A stretch of 64,000 nucleotides of DNA from IMG/VR virus record IMGVR_UViG_3300045988_128133. The stretch is one strand, 5' to 3'. Shown in pieces: positions 8,490 through 19,139 of this stretch. Made by a program: the position numbers and the translations under genes. The notes under the pieces were generated by a model that saw only the letters and a program-made list of their open reading frames with translations, was not told the origin of the DNA and did not search any database. Numbering within the stretch: position 1 is the stretch's first letter; the number at the start of each line of letters is the position of its first letter. The stretch is from a virus.

Positions 8490-10769
8490 ATGTCTAAGCC
8501 CGATTCCATAGCCCCCGTAGGGCCCGGAGTCATTGGCGTGGTTGACGAGAAGGGGAACCTGCTGAAACAGCGGGTCCCCACCGCCGACCAGGCAAGAGCC
8601 CTTCTGTACTTCTGTCTCACCGCTGACCAGCTCTCTATGCAGGCACGGACGGAAGCGCAGGCTGAACTCGACGGCCAACGCCCTTATGACCCCATGGCTC
8701 TCTCCGCTGTTGGTCAGAACTACCGGACCAACTACAACTTCCGCACCATGCGTATCATTCGCGAAAAGGTTGCGGCAAGTCTGCGTGAAGTTTGGGATAA
8801 CCCCGAATTCATTTCCGTCCAGACCCGTTTTGGCGATGATGCCCGCAGACCCATCTACTCTGACATTCTTTCCTCAGAGATTACCCAGATGGTTAAGTCT
8901 ATGCCGGGATTCACCTCCATCATTACGGACCTCTTGCACTACTTCTCTTTCCACGGCTTTGGCCTTGCCTACTTCGAGGACCCGGATTCCTGGTTCTTTA
9001 AGGCAGGCAGTCTGAATGAGTTTGCGTTTGAGCGCAAGGTTAAGCCGGACAGCAAGACGTTGGAAGTAGTATTCGCAACGCGCACCCTGCGTGCCCATGA
9101 GCTTTACGATTATGTTCGTGACCCGCAGACGGCACGCGAAGCGGGCTGGGATGTGGAAGAAGTCATGAAGGTTCTCCGCACAGCCAGCTACAACCAAACC
9201 GTTCAGCCTCAGCGCGTCTCCTGGGAAACTGAGAAGATGCTCAAGAACGGAGACTACACTCTGACCGATATTATCGGTACCAGCATTCCGATTTCCCACA
9301 TGTGGGTTCGTGAATTCGATGGCACCGTAACCCATTCCATTTTCTTCGTGAACGGCAATGGTGGCAATAGTCAGGATGTGAAGAGCGACAAGGAAGGAAA
9401 CGTTGATGATACCAAATTCCTTTACACGAAGTATGGAGCCTATGACTCCATGGAACAGGCGTTCGTCCTCTTCCCTCTGGGCAGTAGCACCAATGGAGAC
9501 ATCCATGCTCTGCGCGGATATGGCAATGACCTTCTTCCGCATACTCGTGTTATCGACAAGCTCATGAACCAGGCAACGGATGCCGCGTTCCTGGGTATGG
9601 CGTTGAACGTGATGGCCACCAACGAGTCCTCCCGTCTCTCTGCCATGGTTAATCCCATGGGTGCCTACACCATTCTGGACCCCTCTGTTCAGATTCAGAG
9701 CAATGCGACTCCTAACCTTCAGCAGGTTGCGGGTATGCCACTTACCTTATTGCAAAGCCAAATCCGTGAACGTCTTGGTGAAATCGACGTAAACGCGGAT
9801 GGTGGTATGGGCCGCACTCAGCTGGAAGCGGAAATCCGCATGGGTAATGCAAGCAAGGTCAGCAACAACATTATGGATATGTTGCTGGAACACCTGTCCA
9901 TCCTCCTGCGTGAAATCGTCCGTCGCGTCATCCGCAAGGACTACGATGAAGGAATTGCAGGAGCCGAGGAACGCAAGCGCATGATAGCCCGACTGACCGA
10001 AGCCGGAGTACCTGTGGAAGCCTTGTATGAAATCGACCTCGACAGCGTTACGGCTCTTCCTCCCATTGGTGCAGGTAGTAAGGTAAGAAGGACTCTGGCC
10101 CTTCGGCAGTGCCTCAACTACATGCAGTTCATGCCCAGGGCAGGTCAGGAACGTCTGGTTCGCATGGCTATCGCTAACGAAACGAACGGGCGCACTGCTC
10201 GCCTTCTCATGCCCTTGAAGGATGACCCGAACCCGTCCGAAACAATCGCCGCTTCTATTGCATCTATGCAGAACAACCAGCTTCTGGCAGGACAGGAAGT
10301 TCCGGTAATGCCGAACGAGGACCACAGGACGCACGCCGAAGTGCATGCCAATTACATCCTGTCCCTCGTCCCGGATGCCCAGCTTTCCCCTGAAGAAATG
10401 GCTCAACTTGCTCAGCCTCTCCAGCTTCTGGTCAGCCAACTGGCGGGTCATATGGACTATTTGCAGGCCAGTAAGGAAGTCGTCCCCGAATTCGAACAAT
10501 ACGAAAAACTGGTGAAGCGGTGCAACGAAGTCATCACTAACGGCATGCGAGCCCTGGAAGCTATGCAGGCTCAACAGCAGGCTGAGGGTGCTGAAGGTGA
10601 AGGTCCTACGCCGGAACAAATGAAAGCGCAGGCTGACATTGAGTTGAAGCGCATGAAGACCGAAGCCGAAATCAAACTTGCCGAAGAAAAGCAACAGGCA
10701 GAGATAGCGGCTAAGACTGTAGAAGCCAACGCCAAGGCCGCGGCAAACCTGGGAGGTACCAATGTCTAA
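8490..10769 (+). CDS. portal protein (putative)
   Basis: 759 aa. Lies between terminase and scaffold/capsid genes. Coiled-coil charged C-terminus. Confidence 0.5.
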   Translation: MSKPDSIAPVGPGVIGVVDEKGNLLKQRVPTADQARALLYFCLTADQLSMQARTEAQAELDGQRPYDPMALSAVGQNYRTNYNFRTMRIIREKVAASLREVWDNPEFISVQTRFGDDARRPIYSDILSSEITQMVKSMPGFTSIITDLLHYFSFHGFGLAYFEDPDSWFFKAGSLNEFAFERKVKPDSKTLEVVFATRTLRAHELYDYVRDPQTAREAGWDVEEVMKVLRTASYNQTVQPQRVSWETEKMLKNGDYTLTDIIGTSIPISHMWVREFDGTVTHSIFFVNGNGGNSQDVKSDKEGNVDDTKFLYTKYGAYDSMEQAFVLFPLGSSTNGDIHALRGYGNDLLPHTRVIDKLMNQATDAAFLGMALNVMATNESSRLSAMVNPMGAYTILDPSVQIQSNATPNLQQVAGMPLTLLQSQIRERLGEIDVNADGGMGRTQLEAEIRMGNASKVSNNIMDMLLEHLSILLREIVRRVIRKDYDEGIAGAEERKRMIARLTEAGVPVEALYEIDLDSVTALPPIGAGSKVRRTLALRQCLNYMQFMPRAGQERLVRMAIANETNGRTARLLMPLKDDPNPSETIAASIASMQNNQLLAGQEVPVMPNEDHRTHAEVHANYILSLVPDAQLSPEEMAQLAQPLQLLVSQLAGHMDYLQASKEVVPEFEQYEKLVKRCNEVITNGMRALEAMQAQQQAEGAEGEGPTPEQMKAQADIELKRMKTEAEIKLAEEKQQAEIAAKTVEANAKAAANLGGTNV

Positions 10770-11082
10770 AATCTGGCCCATCTATTCCGAAGAAGCCTTC
10801 AGGTCGAACGTTAAAACACAAGGCACTCTGTTCGACCTCTTAAACGACCCGGTGATGCAGGAAGCCCTTCTCATCATCCAATCTAAATTAAACGTCTCGC
10901 TTCCATCAACCATGGAAGCGGCGGCACTCGCCGGAGCTTATGCGGCTGGAGCTAAAGCGGTCATTGCCGGACTGCACACTCTCGCCCAACCCATGGAATC
11001 CATGGAAGCCCCGGTATCTGCGGTTCCTCACGAAACCCTTGAACGAAACGCTTGGATTAACTCACTCAAACCTAATCTCTAA
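10762..11082 (+). CDS. small head-module protein
   Basis: 106 aa. Overlaps the portal stop by 8 nt. Confidence 0.35.
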   Translation: MSKIWPIYSEEAFRSNVKTQGTLFDLLNDPVMQEALLIIQSKLNVSLPSTMEAAALAGAYAAGAKAVIAGLHTLAQPMESMEAPVSAVPHETLERNAWINSLKPNL

Positions 11083-11091
11083 TACACATTT

Positions 11092-12282
11092 ATGTCAGAC
11101 AATCAAATTCCCGCTACTGCGGAGGCCCCCGTATCTAGAGCAATCGACACCGCCATTCATGGCCTTTTTGAACAAGTATTTAATGACTCCCCGGCACCCA
11201 CGGAATCCGTGGCTCCCGTGGGTACAGTTGTTACCTCTGACCAGCCACGCATAGCGGAGGCCGAGGTAGAACAGAAAGTCCCCATTGAATTGTCCAACCC
11301 CAATGGCAATCCCGTAGAACCGGAACCAGAAGAAGGGGACGATGAGAAGGACACGGAAGAAGGGGACGATGAGAAGGACACGGAAGAGGGGGACGATGAG
11401 AAGGACACGGAAGAAGCTCAGCCCAAGGAAAAGCGGGCAAGCAAGGCCGCAAGCAAGGCGTTTGCTGAAATGCGAGTCCAGCTGAAAGAGGCCAAGAAGG
11501 AGATTCAGGAACTGAAACAGCAACTGGATGCGGCTAAGACGGCAACCCCGAATAACGAAGAACTGGAAGCCCTTCGCGAAATTGTCAAGGGATATGCCTT
11601 CACTGCGACAGAGGAATACAAGACCCAAGTCACCAACCCCTACAACAAAGCTAATGCCAGGATTGCCGACATTGCTCGCGAGGCTGGGGTATCTGTCGAT
11701 ATGAACAAGCTGAACGAAGTTGCCCTCAACCCTGAGCTGGATGCCTTCGACAGAGAGGAAGCCTATGAAACAATCGGAACGGACGCTGGATTGAGTGGAG
11801 CTTCCCTCTCCCGTTTTGTTCGGATGGCCAAAGTCCGTGACGCGGCTATCGAAGCTCACGGGAATTTCCAGGCTGACGCTGACAAGTATGTTGAAGAGCT
11901 GAAGGCGAGCAGGGGTAAATCGGGAGATGGCGGCAAGTATGAAGTCAACCTTGACAATTATACGCTGGAAGCCATGAAGGACCGGGCTAAGGAGCTGGGG
12001 ATTACCACCGAAATTACGGAAGAGAATCTTAAACATGCCCGCCATTTGGCTCACAAAATAAATAACAGTTCCTTCATGGATGGAGCCCTTGCGGAAATCA
12101 TGCAGAAGGAACTGCTGGAAGCTCGCGGGCAGATTGAAGCTCTGGAAGCCAAGGTGAAGAAGCTTCGTGGTGTCCGACCCTCCCCAGGGAAGGGCAGTCC
12201 AGAAGCTCCAGAAACGCCGAAAGCCGCTAAGCCTATGAGCGTAAGCGACGCTATCCACAGTGCGTTTGACCTGCTTCATTAA
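11092..12282 (+). CDS. scaffolding protein (putative)
   Basis: Acidic tandem repeat EEGDDEKDT x3, a long coiled-coil, and a position immediately upstream of the capsid gene. Confidence 0.5.
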   Translation: MSDNQIPATAEAPVSRAIDTAIHGLFEQVFNDSPAPTESVAPVGTVVTSDQPRIAEAEVEQKVPIELSNPNGNPVEPEPEEGDDEKDTEEGDDEKDTEEGDDEKDTEEAQPKEKRASKAASKAFAEMRVQLKEAKKEIQELKQQLDAAKTATPNNEELEALREIVKGYAFTATEEYKTQVTNPYNKANARIADIAREAGVSVDMNKLNEVALNPELDAFDREEAYETIGTDAGLSGASLSRFVRMAKVRDAAIEAHGNFQADADKYVEELKASRGKSGDGGKYEVNLDNYTLEAMKDRAKELGITTEITEENLKHARHLAHKINNSSFMDGALAEIMQKELLEARGQIEALEAKVKKLRGVRPSPGKGSPEAPETPKAAKPMSVSDAIHSAFDLLH

Positions 12283-12494
12283 GAATTATTAAATATTTCC
12301 TTGACATTCAGTCGGGAATACTCCAAAAAGGGTGCATCCAAAGCGGTGCATCCTTTTTGCTTTCCCGCGAGCAAACCAAATTCCTATATATTGCAGGTGC
12401 ATAAATCCTGGTCCTGTCCCTGCCATGACCGCCAAAGAACCCCTCAAATTCTTCCAAGAGAATAACGTTGCCATATTAACTACAAAACTACAAA

Positions 12495-13754
12495 ATGGCT
12501 ACTACTTCTCCTAACGACATTCAGGCCCAGGAACTTAAGTTGGTTACGATGACCAACCTTCTCAACGCTACCATGTACAGCACGTTTGCTCGTACATCTC
12601 CGTGGAACTCCCAGATGATTATGTCTGGCGAATGGACGGACGGCGTGGGTGACTCCGGGCGTATCGCAACCTTCGGTGCTACGGACCCCCGTCCCGAATG
12701 GATGAACATCAGTCTCGACTCCACCTCTGACCAGATTCCGATTACGGTCAACCGTACGGGTGCCACCACCTATTCCTACAGCCGCTTCATTACGCGCCTG
12801 GCTTCTGAAAAACTGGACGTGCTTCGTATGCGCCAGTCCTGGCAGGCTCAACAGCAGGCTGAAAACATCGTCAAGCAGTTGGTGCGTGCCGTGGGTAACG
12901 CCTGGTCCCGTTTCTACCGTCAGAGCTACATCAACATTGCGTCCTACAAGCTTATCCCCACGAAGGCTGGTATCGTCGGTCTCGACGTGGTGAGCAACGA
13001 TATTAACTCCATGCCGGAAGTTAAGCCGGAAGCCGCGCTTAACGACGACCTGATGAACCAGGCATGGCAGTTGCTCATTAACGAAGGAGCTGGCGACTCT
13101 GCCGCCTTCATGGACCAGGGTTCCCCTGTGTTCCTGGCCTACACCTCAAAAGATACGGTTGACTTCATCCTGCGTGAAAACCAGGTCATCCATAAGGACT
13201 GGAACTTTGCCGAAGCCGCTGAAGGCAAGGAAGCTACTCTGCTTCGTCAGCTGGGTGTGAAGTGGACGTACAAGGGCTTCACCTACGTCGTGGACAACAT
13301 GAACCCCCGCTACACCTTCGACGACTCCAAGCCGACTGGTCAGAAGTGGGTTGAAGTTCCGCAGTACATCCCGGTCGAAACCACGGTGGGTACCCGCTAT
13401 GTCCCGAACCCTGCCTACATGAACGCCCCGTATGAAGATACCATCATCTTCGTGAAGGACGTGTACAAGTCTCTGGTTCCTCGCCCCGTGTCTGCCTACG
13501 GCCAGGCCAAGTGGGACCCCGTGACCTACGCTGGGGAACTCACCTGGGTGAACAACAAGGACAACGATGCCAACTACATGGGTACTCAGGGTCTGTTCGT
13601 GGCTACGCTGTCTGCGGCCCCGATGCCTGTCTTCCCGCGTCACGGTGTTGTCATTCGTCACATCCGCACGACCTCTGGTCGCAACCTCGTGGGTGCCGAC
13701 GGTCAGCCCATTGGCTCTCTGGTCAGCACTCCGTCCGCTGTTGCTGGTCTGTAA
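12495..13754 (+). CDS. major capsid protein (putative)
   Basis: 419 aa following the scaffold gene. Followed by a strong terminator, which is the usual arrangement for a capsid gene. Confidence 0.5.
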   Translation: MATTSPNDIQAQELKLVTMTNLLNATMYSTFARTSPWNSQMIMSGEWTDGVGDSGRIATFGATDPRPEWMNISLDSTSDQIPITVNRTGATTYSYSRFITRLASEKLDVLRMRQSWQAQQQAENIVKQLVRAVGNAWSRFYRQSYINIASYKLIPTKAGIVGLDVVSNDINSMPEVKPEAALNDDLMNQAWQLLINEGAGDSAAFMDQGSPVFLAYTSKDTVDFILRENQVIHKDWNFAEAAEGKEATLLRQLGVKWTYKGFTYVVDNMNPRYTFDDSKPTGQKWVEVPQYIPVETTVGTRYVPNPAYMNAPYEDTIIFVKDVYKSLVPRPVSAYGQAKWDPVTYAGELTWVNNKDNDANYMGTQGLFVATLSAAPMPVFPRHGVVIRHIRTTSGRNLVGADGQPIGSLVSTPSAVAGL

Positions 13755-13775
13755 TATAAACCCTTAACTCAGTAA

Positions 13776-13815
13776 CCGGGGCGGGTGGGACATTCCTGCC
13801 CGCCCCAATTTTATT
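13776..13815 (+). terminator. rho-independent terminator
   Basis: GGGGCGGG...CCCGCCCC hairpin followed by AATTTTATT. Confidence 0.6.
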
Positions 13816-13821
13816 CTCACA

Positions 13822-14091
13822 ATGAAGATTGCTTACGACCCTGAAAAATTTGGTGAACTTAAACCCGGCGATGACGTACAGGTCATGGGTGTCGGTATAG
13901 TTTCCGACGACGGTAAATCCATCGAAATCGTCTCCATCGAAGACCAGGAACTGGATGAAGAGGGTGACGATAAAGATGGCGATAAAGATGACGAAGAATC
14001 CCCCAAAGACGAAACCCAGGAAGAAACTGATGAAGAAATGGCTGAAGGTGCTGACCTTGATGCAATCATTGCTTCCGGCTTCGGCGCGTAA
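13822..14091 (+). CDS. small highly acidic protein
   Basis: 89 aa with a D/E-rich C-terminal half. Confidence 0.4.
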   Translation: MKIAYDPEKFGELKPGDDVQVMGVGIVSDDGKSIEIVSIEDQELDEEGDDKDGDKDDEESPKDETQEETDEEMAEGADLDAIIASGFGA

Positions 14092-14109
14092 CTTAACCCT
14101 TTTACTCTA

Positions 14110-14637
14110 ATGGAAATCGACCTCCCAACCACTAAACCCATCGTACTGACTCCCGGTGAAGAGAACATGCTCATCCCCGAAAGTGAAGGGGATTTCATCA
14201 TTACCCTCACCAGCGACCGCGGCACGCCTACGGCAACTTTTACTGAGGATGACACTCCGAAGGCCCAAGGCACTTCCCTGTTTAATAGAGAGTTCAAACT
14301 CCATATTAAAACACAGGCAATCCTTGTCGTAAAGGAAACCGTAGCAGACACCGTAATTACTTTGTCGGTAGCAGAAGCTCCCGAAAGCAAGTATGGGACG
14401 GCGGCAGTCGCCCCTGGCGTTGCTCACCAGGTGAACTTTGTCCCAGACAGCAACAAGCCGGAAACCCAGTCTGCCGTCATCTACTTCGGCGAATCTGTAC
14501 AGGCTTCTGTGCAGGAAGTTTTCGTACACGACGGAGATGTTGTCATTCCCGCGCACGCCACAGCCCATGTACCTGTAGGTCACAGTATCACCATTACCCC
14601 GCTGGTTGAACAGACCAAAGCGGTGTCTCAAGCTTAA
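14110..14637 (+). CDS. virion structural protein
   Basis: 175 aa, beta-rich composition, in the structural block. Confidence 0.4.
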   Translation: MEIDLPTTKPIVLTPGEENMLIPESEGDFIITLTSDRGTPTATFTEDDTPKAQGTSLFNREFKLHIKTQAILVVKETVADTVITLSVAEAPESKYGTAAVAPGVAHQVNFVPDSNKPETQSAVIYFGESVQASVQEVFVHDGDVVIPAHATAHVPVGHSITITPLVEQTKAVSQA

Positions 14638-14656
14638 CTCCTAACTCATTTATTTT

Positions 14657-15631
14657 ATGCCTGCAACTAAACTTCCCATTCCTGCAACCAAGGCCGCCAT
14701 CAACCGTGGCGAACTCTATCAACTGACGGGGCTTCAAAACGGTACCCGGTACAAGTTTGAAGTCACCTCCACTAAGAGAGCCTTTGTAACCATTGCTGAA
14801 GATGAACAGCTGAAGAAGGTTCAAGCTGAAGGTTTCCTCGATGGAACCGCTTATCACTTCTCGACAGAGGGCAGTCAAACCTCAGCCTATCTTCGCATTG
14901 ACGCACTGGAAGGTGCCGAGATTGTGCTGAACATGAAAGCTGACCCGGTACCCGCACCTGAAGGAGCCCAGCTCCCGAAGGACCTTTCGCCTGATAAGTG
15001 GTACAGTGTTGAGAACCTTACGGAGAACACTCTGTACGAATTGAAGGTAAGCGCGGATGCTCCTGTAACCGTGTTCGTCAAGACTGGCGACCAGATTATA
15101 AGCGCGATTGAAGAGCCTCCCTTCACCACACAGGAAGGTTCTGTTCGATTCTATGCAACCGGAACGAATGCCTGGATTTACGTGGATGGGGCCGTTCCTG
15201 CAAATGTTGCCCTCGTTCCTGCAACAGGTATCGAAGGATTTACGAAGCCGCAAATTACGGCCCTCTCCAGCACGGTGACAGCCGTATCTCTCATGGGCCC
15301 TGCCCCTGCTGGGTACTACAGTGTTGAGTTCGTAACGCATGCGGACGACCTCTCCTTCAAACAGGACCAGGTTCTTACAGTTGTTTCTCAGAATGTAGCC
15401 TTCTCTCTTCTGAACTCAGTTGCTTCTGACGGGCAGACTATGCAACCTGCTTATCTTGCTAACAGTGAGTTCACTGGGAAAGACGTTCGAGGTAAGATTG
15501 TTTTCTCCCAGACCACGCCGCTTGGTGAAGGGCAGAGCGCACAGGTTCTTACCATTACGCCGCCCACGGGTGGGAACGCACAGCAGTACTCCGGCACGGC
15601 CATCATCACCTTTGCTGGGAATATCGCGTAA
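14657..15631 (+). CDS. virion structural protein (Ig-like/beta-rich)
   Basis: 324 aa, T/V/S-rich with a beta-strand pattern. Confidence 0.4.
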   Translation: MPATKLPIPATKAAINRGELYQLTGLQNGTRYKFEVTSTKRAFVTIAEDEQLKKVQAEGFLDGTAYHFSTEGSQTSAYLRIDALEGAEIVLNMKADPVPAPEGAQLPKDLSPDKWYSVENLTENTLYELKVSADAPVTVFVKTGDQIISAIEEPPFTTQEGSVRFYATGTNAWIYVDGAVPANVALVPATGIEGFTKPQITALSSTVTAVSLMGPAPAGYYSVEFVTHADDLSFKQDQVLTVVSQNVAFSLLNSVASDGQTMQPAYLANSEFTGKDVRGKIVFSQTTPLGEGQSAQVLTITPPTGGNAQQYSGTAIITFAGNIA

Positions 15632-15647
15632 TACAGCAACTTAAACC

Positions 15648-15705
15648 TTGACGGGCCCGACCCCATGAGCTATAAGCTTTACCGGGCCGGGCCCAAATTA
15701 TTTTC
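15648..15705 (+). promoter_or_regulatory. terminator-like hairpin with embedded promoter (TTGACG-N17-TATAAG; -10 in loop)
   Basis: GGGCCCG (15653-59) and CGGGCCC (15688-94) form the arms, followed by AAATTATTTT. The -10 TATAAG (15671-76) lies between the arms. Confidence 0.35.
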
Positions 15706-15709
15706 AATC

Positions 15710-17821
15710 ATGAATATCAAAGAATACGTAAACGGTTCAGCTATCGAGCCGGGTGTAACTTACAAGATTGGAACCGCGGATGCCAATTCTGCGTGGACTC
15801 TAATCTCCGACCGTCCGATTCTCTTTAAGCTGTCAGCCACGGAACCCACGGATTCCGAGTGGTCTAATGTAACTGAAGAGCAATACCTCATCAATGGTGC
15901 GCTCTCCAACCAGGTTCTTAAAATTGAATCACCTGCTGGAAAGTTCTTCGTCGTCCCCACTAATGCACAGGATTCCGCGGCTACCGTGGAATCCGCGTAT
16001 GCCAAGGTCTCTCTCAAGCCCCTGGGGTTTGACTATGAGGACACGTATGAGGCACTGCCGCTGGAGGGCGATGGCCCCGTAGCCGAAGGCTTCTACAAGA
16101 TTTCCAACCTTGAATCCGGCAAGCTCTACTCCATCAATGTATCTCCTGATGCTGGTGGTCTTAGAGCGAACAACCCTATCCCCGAATACGCCTTTGCCCT
16201 TTTCGCTGTAGATGGTTCGAACAATCCCAAGGCTCTTCTGGCCGCGGGGAATTCCGGTAAGCAACTGGTCTTCGTGGCTACCGAAGCTACGGCTATCATC
16301 AACCTCAGCTCCACCATTGAAGAGAGCGAGTTCTTTGTCAGCATCCGAAATTTTAGTGTAGGCTCTGGTGGTGGAAGCGGCTCTGGTTTTGACCCTGCGT
16401 CTGACCAGAACATTACCGGGGCCTGGTCTTTCTCCAATGTAACGGGCTTAACCATGGCTGATAACGCGGCCATTAAGCTGGGCACGGGAGACGACGCTGT
16501 TCAGATTAGAGGGTCGAGCAATGGAGCGGCGGTGATTGAGGGGACAAACAAGTCCCATCTTGACATTGCTGTCCCCCTGAAATTGCAGAACCCGGTGACG
16601 GTAGATGATAGCCTCAACTTCATTGCCACTACTGGTGAGAAGATGAAGGCCATTCAGTTTGGCACAGCCGCGGGCATGGCTCGTTGCATTGTGTTTGAAG
16701 AGGCCAACAAATTCCTCAGCATTGCTAATCCTGCCAACGTTAACCAGAAGACGCTCACCATCGACGGTAGCGGCAATATCTGGTTCTATCTGGTAGAGAA
16801 CCATAATGGACAGTGCAACTTCAACACAGAGGTGCGACTCAATAGCACGGTTTCAGTTGGCGGGGTTGCCTCGTTCAACAAGACCGTCAACGCGAACCAG
16901 GGGATAAACATCCCCCTGACCGTGGGAATCCCTACGGACACCTCCGTAGTGAACCGTGCCTATGCGGCAGGGTTGGGAACCATTGCCAATATTCTGTCCA
17001 CTGAGGCCTATCTTAACACAGAGTCCCTGTCGGCTACACAAAGTGCGGCTATCACCAAGAACGTTCCTTACGCCAGTGCTGATATTCGAGTAAATAACGG
17101 AGCCCATTCTACCATTCAGGGAGAATTTCATGCTCGCAGTTTCCAGTGGAACTATTCCAGTTTTGCGGGTATCTCCTTTATTTGGAGGTGCACGGGGGCA
17201 AGTAAGCTCACCTTTGGCATTGGCCGTGGTAGCAAGGACATTCGCACAGACCTGTCCATCAATTCGTACAGCATGATACCGGGCAGTTCCCTCGCATACA
17301 ATCATGGGGAAATCTTTGACATCACCTTCGACAATTCCAGAGATTCTTCCCGTAATGGATATACTGTGAAGGTCCGGGAGATTTATGCTCTCTCCGCTGA
17401 TACTGGCTGGAAGGTCAAGACGACTACCAGCTTCATTCCTGCAACCAATAACGAACCCATACCGTGGACGGTATGCAAGGTCATTTACATGCAGGAGAAA
17501 GTTGCGGCAATAAATAAATACGAACCCACGGGAGCTATTTATCTCATGGTCACAGGTGGGCAAGGGAATACCCTGTTCAAAATCGCCACCTGCCGGGGTA
17601 TCTCCAACTTCGAGTCGGGTGTAGGCCTGAGCCGCTGGGTGACGGACGTAGTGAATAATACCACCGGAAGTATTTCCGTAAGCGTTGGCAACGGCGACTA
17701 CACCTTCTACCAACCAGGTGGTACCAACCCCGCGTACTACGCACTGAACGCTCTGGCCCGCGACTGTGTGGAAAGTGAAGATACCGCAGACTTCGCGGAC
17801 ATCAATGAACCTATTCAGTAA
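15710..17821 (+). CDS. tail fiber/tailspike-like protein (start moved to ATG 15710)
   Basis: 703 aa. Contains a Gly-rich SGGGSGSG linker and N/T/S-rich beta repeats. The ORF-track start at 15665 lies inside the hairpin. Confidence 0.4.
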   Translation: MNIKEYVNGSAIEPGVTYKIGTADANSAWTLISDRPILFKLSATEPTDSEWSNVTEEQYLINGALSNQVLKIESPAGKFFVVPTNAQDSAATVESAYAKVSLKPLGFDYEDTYEALPLEGDGPVAEGFYKISNLESGKLYSINVSPDAGGLRANNPIPEYAFALFAVDGSNNPKALLAAGNSGKQLVFVATEATAIINLSSTIEESEFFVSIRNFSVGSGGGSGSGFDPASDQNITGAWSFSNVTGLTMADNAAIKLGTGDDAVQIRGSSNGAAVIEGTNKSHLDIAVPLKLQNPVTVDDSLNFIATTGEKMKAIQFGTAAGMARCIVFEEANKFLSIANPANVNQKTLTIDGSGNIWFYLVENHNGQCNFNTEVRLNSTVSVGGVASFNKTVNANQGINIPLTVGIPTDTSVVNRAYAAGLGTIANILSTEAYLNTESLSATQSAAITKNVPYASADIRVNNGAHSTIQGEFHARSFQWNYSSFAGISFIWRCTGASKLTFGIGRGSKDIRTDLSINSYSMIPGSSLAYNHGEIFDITFDNSRDSSRNGYTVKVREIYALSADTGWKVKTTTSFIPATNNEPIPWTVCKVIYMQEKVAAINKYEPTGAIYLMVTGGQGNTLFKIATCRGISNFESGVGLSRWVTDVVNNTTGSISVSVGNGDYTFYQPGGTNPAYYALNALARDCVESEDTADFADINEPIQ

Positions 17822-17826
17822 ACGAC

Positions 17827-18315
17827 ATGAACAACGCAGAGATTCAAATCCAATTCCCCGAACCTGGTATATGGACGGTGATGAGCATGTCCGCGGTTTA
17901 TGCGGATGCCGATGGTTTCAACCGGGTAGATACCTATACACAAGACACTCTCCCTCCTGAACAGATACCAGCCCTGGAAGCCGCGATTACTGCGATAGCC
18001 ACGCTGGAAGAAGACTGGAGGGCAAGGCAGGTCTGGGCCCGACTGGTTACGGAAACCATAGTAACCGCGGAATCCGTGGAATCCGTGGAAACCATTCTTC
18101 TCACTGTCGAGGCTATCAACAAAAACGGAGGGACTCGAATGTTCCGGCCATCCGAATACGAACAATTTCGGCTGACGGACACAGGTTCCCTGTCCTTCTT
18201 TAAATACTTCACAACTAAACAACCATCAACCATTTATGGAGATACAGGAACTTCTGAACCTACTCCTGCTCCTGAAGCGGTAAAGAAGGTTCGAAAGACT
18301 AGAAAGTCCAAGTAA
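17827..18315 (+). CDS. hypothetical structural-module protein
   Basis: 162-aa ORF. Confidence 0.4.
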   Translation: MNNAEIQIQFPEPGIWTVMSMSAVYADADGFNRVDTYTQDTLPPEQIPALEAAITAIATLEEDWRARQVWARLVTETIVTAESVESVETILLTVEAINKNGGTRMFRPSEYEQFRLTDTGSLSFFKYFTTKQPSTIYGDTGTSEPTPAPEAVKKVRKTRKSK

Positions 18316-18320
18316 ACCAT

Positions 18321-18355
18321 GGGGGCCGGGGGAACAATCCTCCGGCCCTCTTTTG
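18321..18355 (+). terminator. rho-independent terminator
   Basis: GGGCCGG...CCGGCCC hairpin followed by TCTTTT. Its loop, gggaacaatcct, resembles the loop of the terminator at 44413. Confidence 0.55.
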
Positions 18356-18374
18356 TCATACTAAAATAAACTTA

Positions 18375-18402
18375 TTGACAAAAGTAAAAATCCCTGTATG
18401 TT
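18375..18402 (+). promoter_or_regulatory. sigma70-like promoter TTGACA-N16-TATGTT
   Basis: Preceded by TTTTGTCATAC at 18351-18361, the same element found in the minus-strand early cassettes. Confidence 0.5.
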
Positions 18403-18409
18403 GATGCAC

Positions 18410-18730
18410 ATGGATAACAACCCATCCACAAAAAACATCGTAGTAGTTCAAGACATGACTAATGGTCTTAGCCATGTCATTGAAAGTGAAACCAACGGGG
18501 GAGAAGATGTGAAGAAGTACGTTTCTGTCGTGTCCCCCACGGCTCCCCGTCCAGTACCTCTGTCCCAAATGACCTGGGAGGAAGCGGAGATTGATGCTTT
18601 CTGTATCGTTCGGCTCCTCGACCCATCACTGTCCCCTGAACGGGAACCTTCGGAGTCGGAATCACAAATTAAGAAAGAAGTGGAATTGACCATTAAATGT
18701 GCTAAGAAACGATTGAACAAACAAAACTAA
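18410..18730 (+). CDS. hypothetical protein (possibly leaderless start)
   Basis: The ORF-track start at 18398 overlaps the -10 element. ATG 18410 lies about 8 nt after the -10. Confidence 0.35.
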   Translation: MDNNPSTKNIVVVQDMTNGLSHVIESETNGGEDVKKYVSVVSPTAPRPVPLSQMTWEEAEIDAFCIVRLLDPSLSPEREPSESESQIKKEVELTIKCAKKRLNKQN

Positions 18731-18731
18731 A

Positions 18732-19139
18732 ATGGAAAAGCAAGATAGATTCTTCCAGAGAGGAGACGAGGTGCGGTTCATCAACCGAGGCAGACCTCTC
18801 CCCAAACAGTTCAAGTATGATAAAACGTATATAGTAACTCGAAATGAAACGGAAACTGGGCTAGTAGCTATTGAGGGTTTAGACTTCTCAAGTTTCATGT
18901 TGGAATTGGTTTCACCCGTTGAAAAGAACTTTCCTTTCGGATTTCAGGAAGCAGTAAAATACATGATGGAAGGACATATTCTGGAAAGATTGTCCCCTAT
19001 ACATAATGCTAGATTTCGGGTACGAATGATTGATGGGCACATTCAAAGCAGGCATAATGAATCTACTGACGACAGGGACTGGTGCTCTTGTGCGCTCGAT
19101 GACGAAGATGTTATGTCCAGGTGGAAAATTGTTGACTAA
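18732..19139 (+). CDS. small SH3/KOW-like beta-barrel domain protein
   Basis: GDEVRF...YIVTR motif, similar to 19182, 45118 and the C-terminal halves of the 20531 and 20882 proteins. Confidence 0.4.
   Translation: MEKQDRFFQRGDEVRFINRGRPLPKQFKYDKTYIVTRNETETGLVAIEGLDFSSFMLELVSPVEKNFPFGFQEAVKYMMEGHILERLSPIHNARFRVRMIDGHIQSRHNESTDDRDWCSCALDDEDVMSRWKIVD

Noticed and set aside
12301-12330. TTGACA at 12301 as a late promoter for the capsid gene
   Set aside because: No acceptable -10 at a 15-19-nt spacing.
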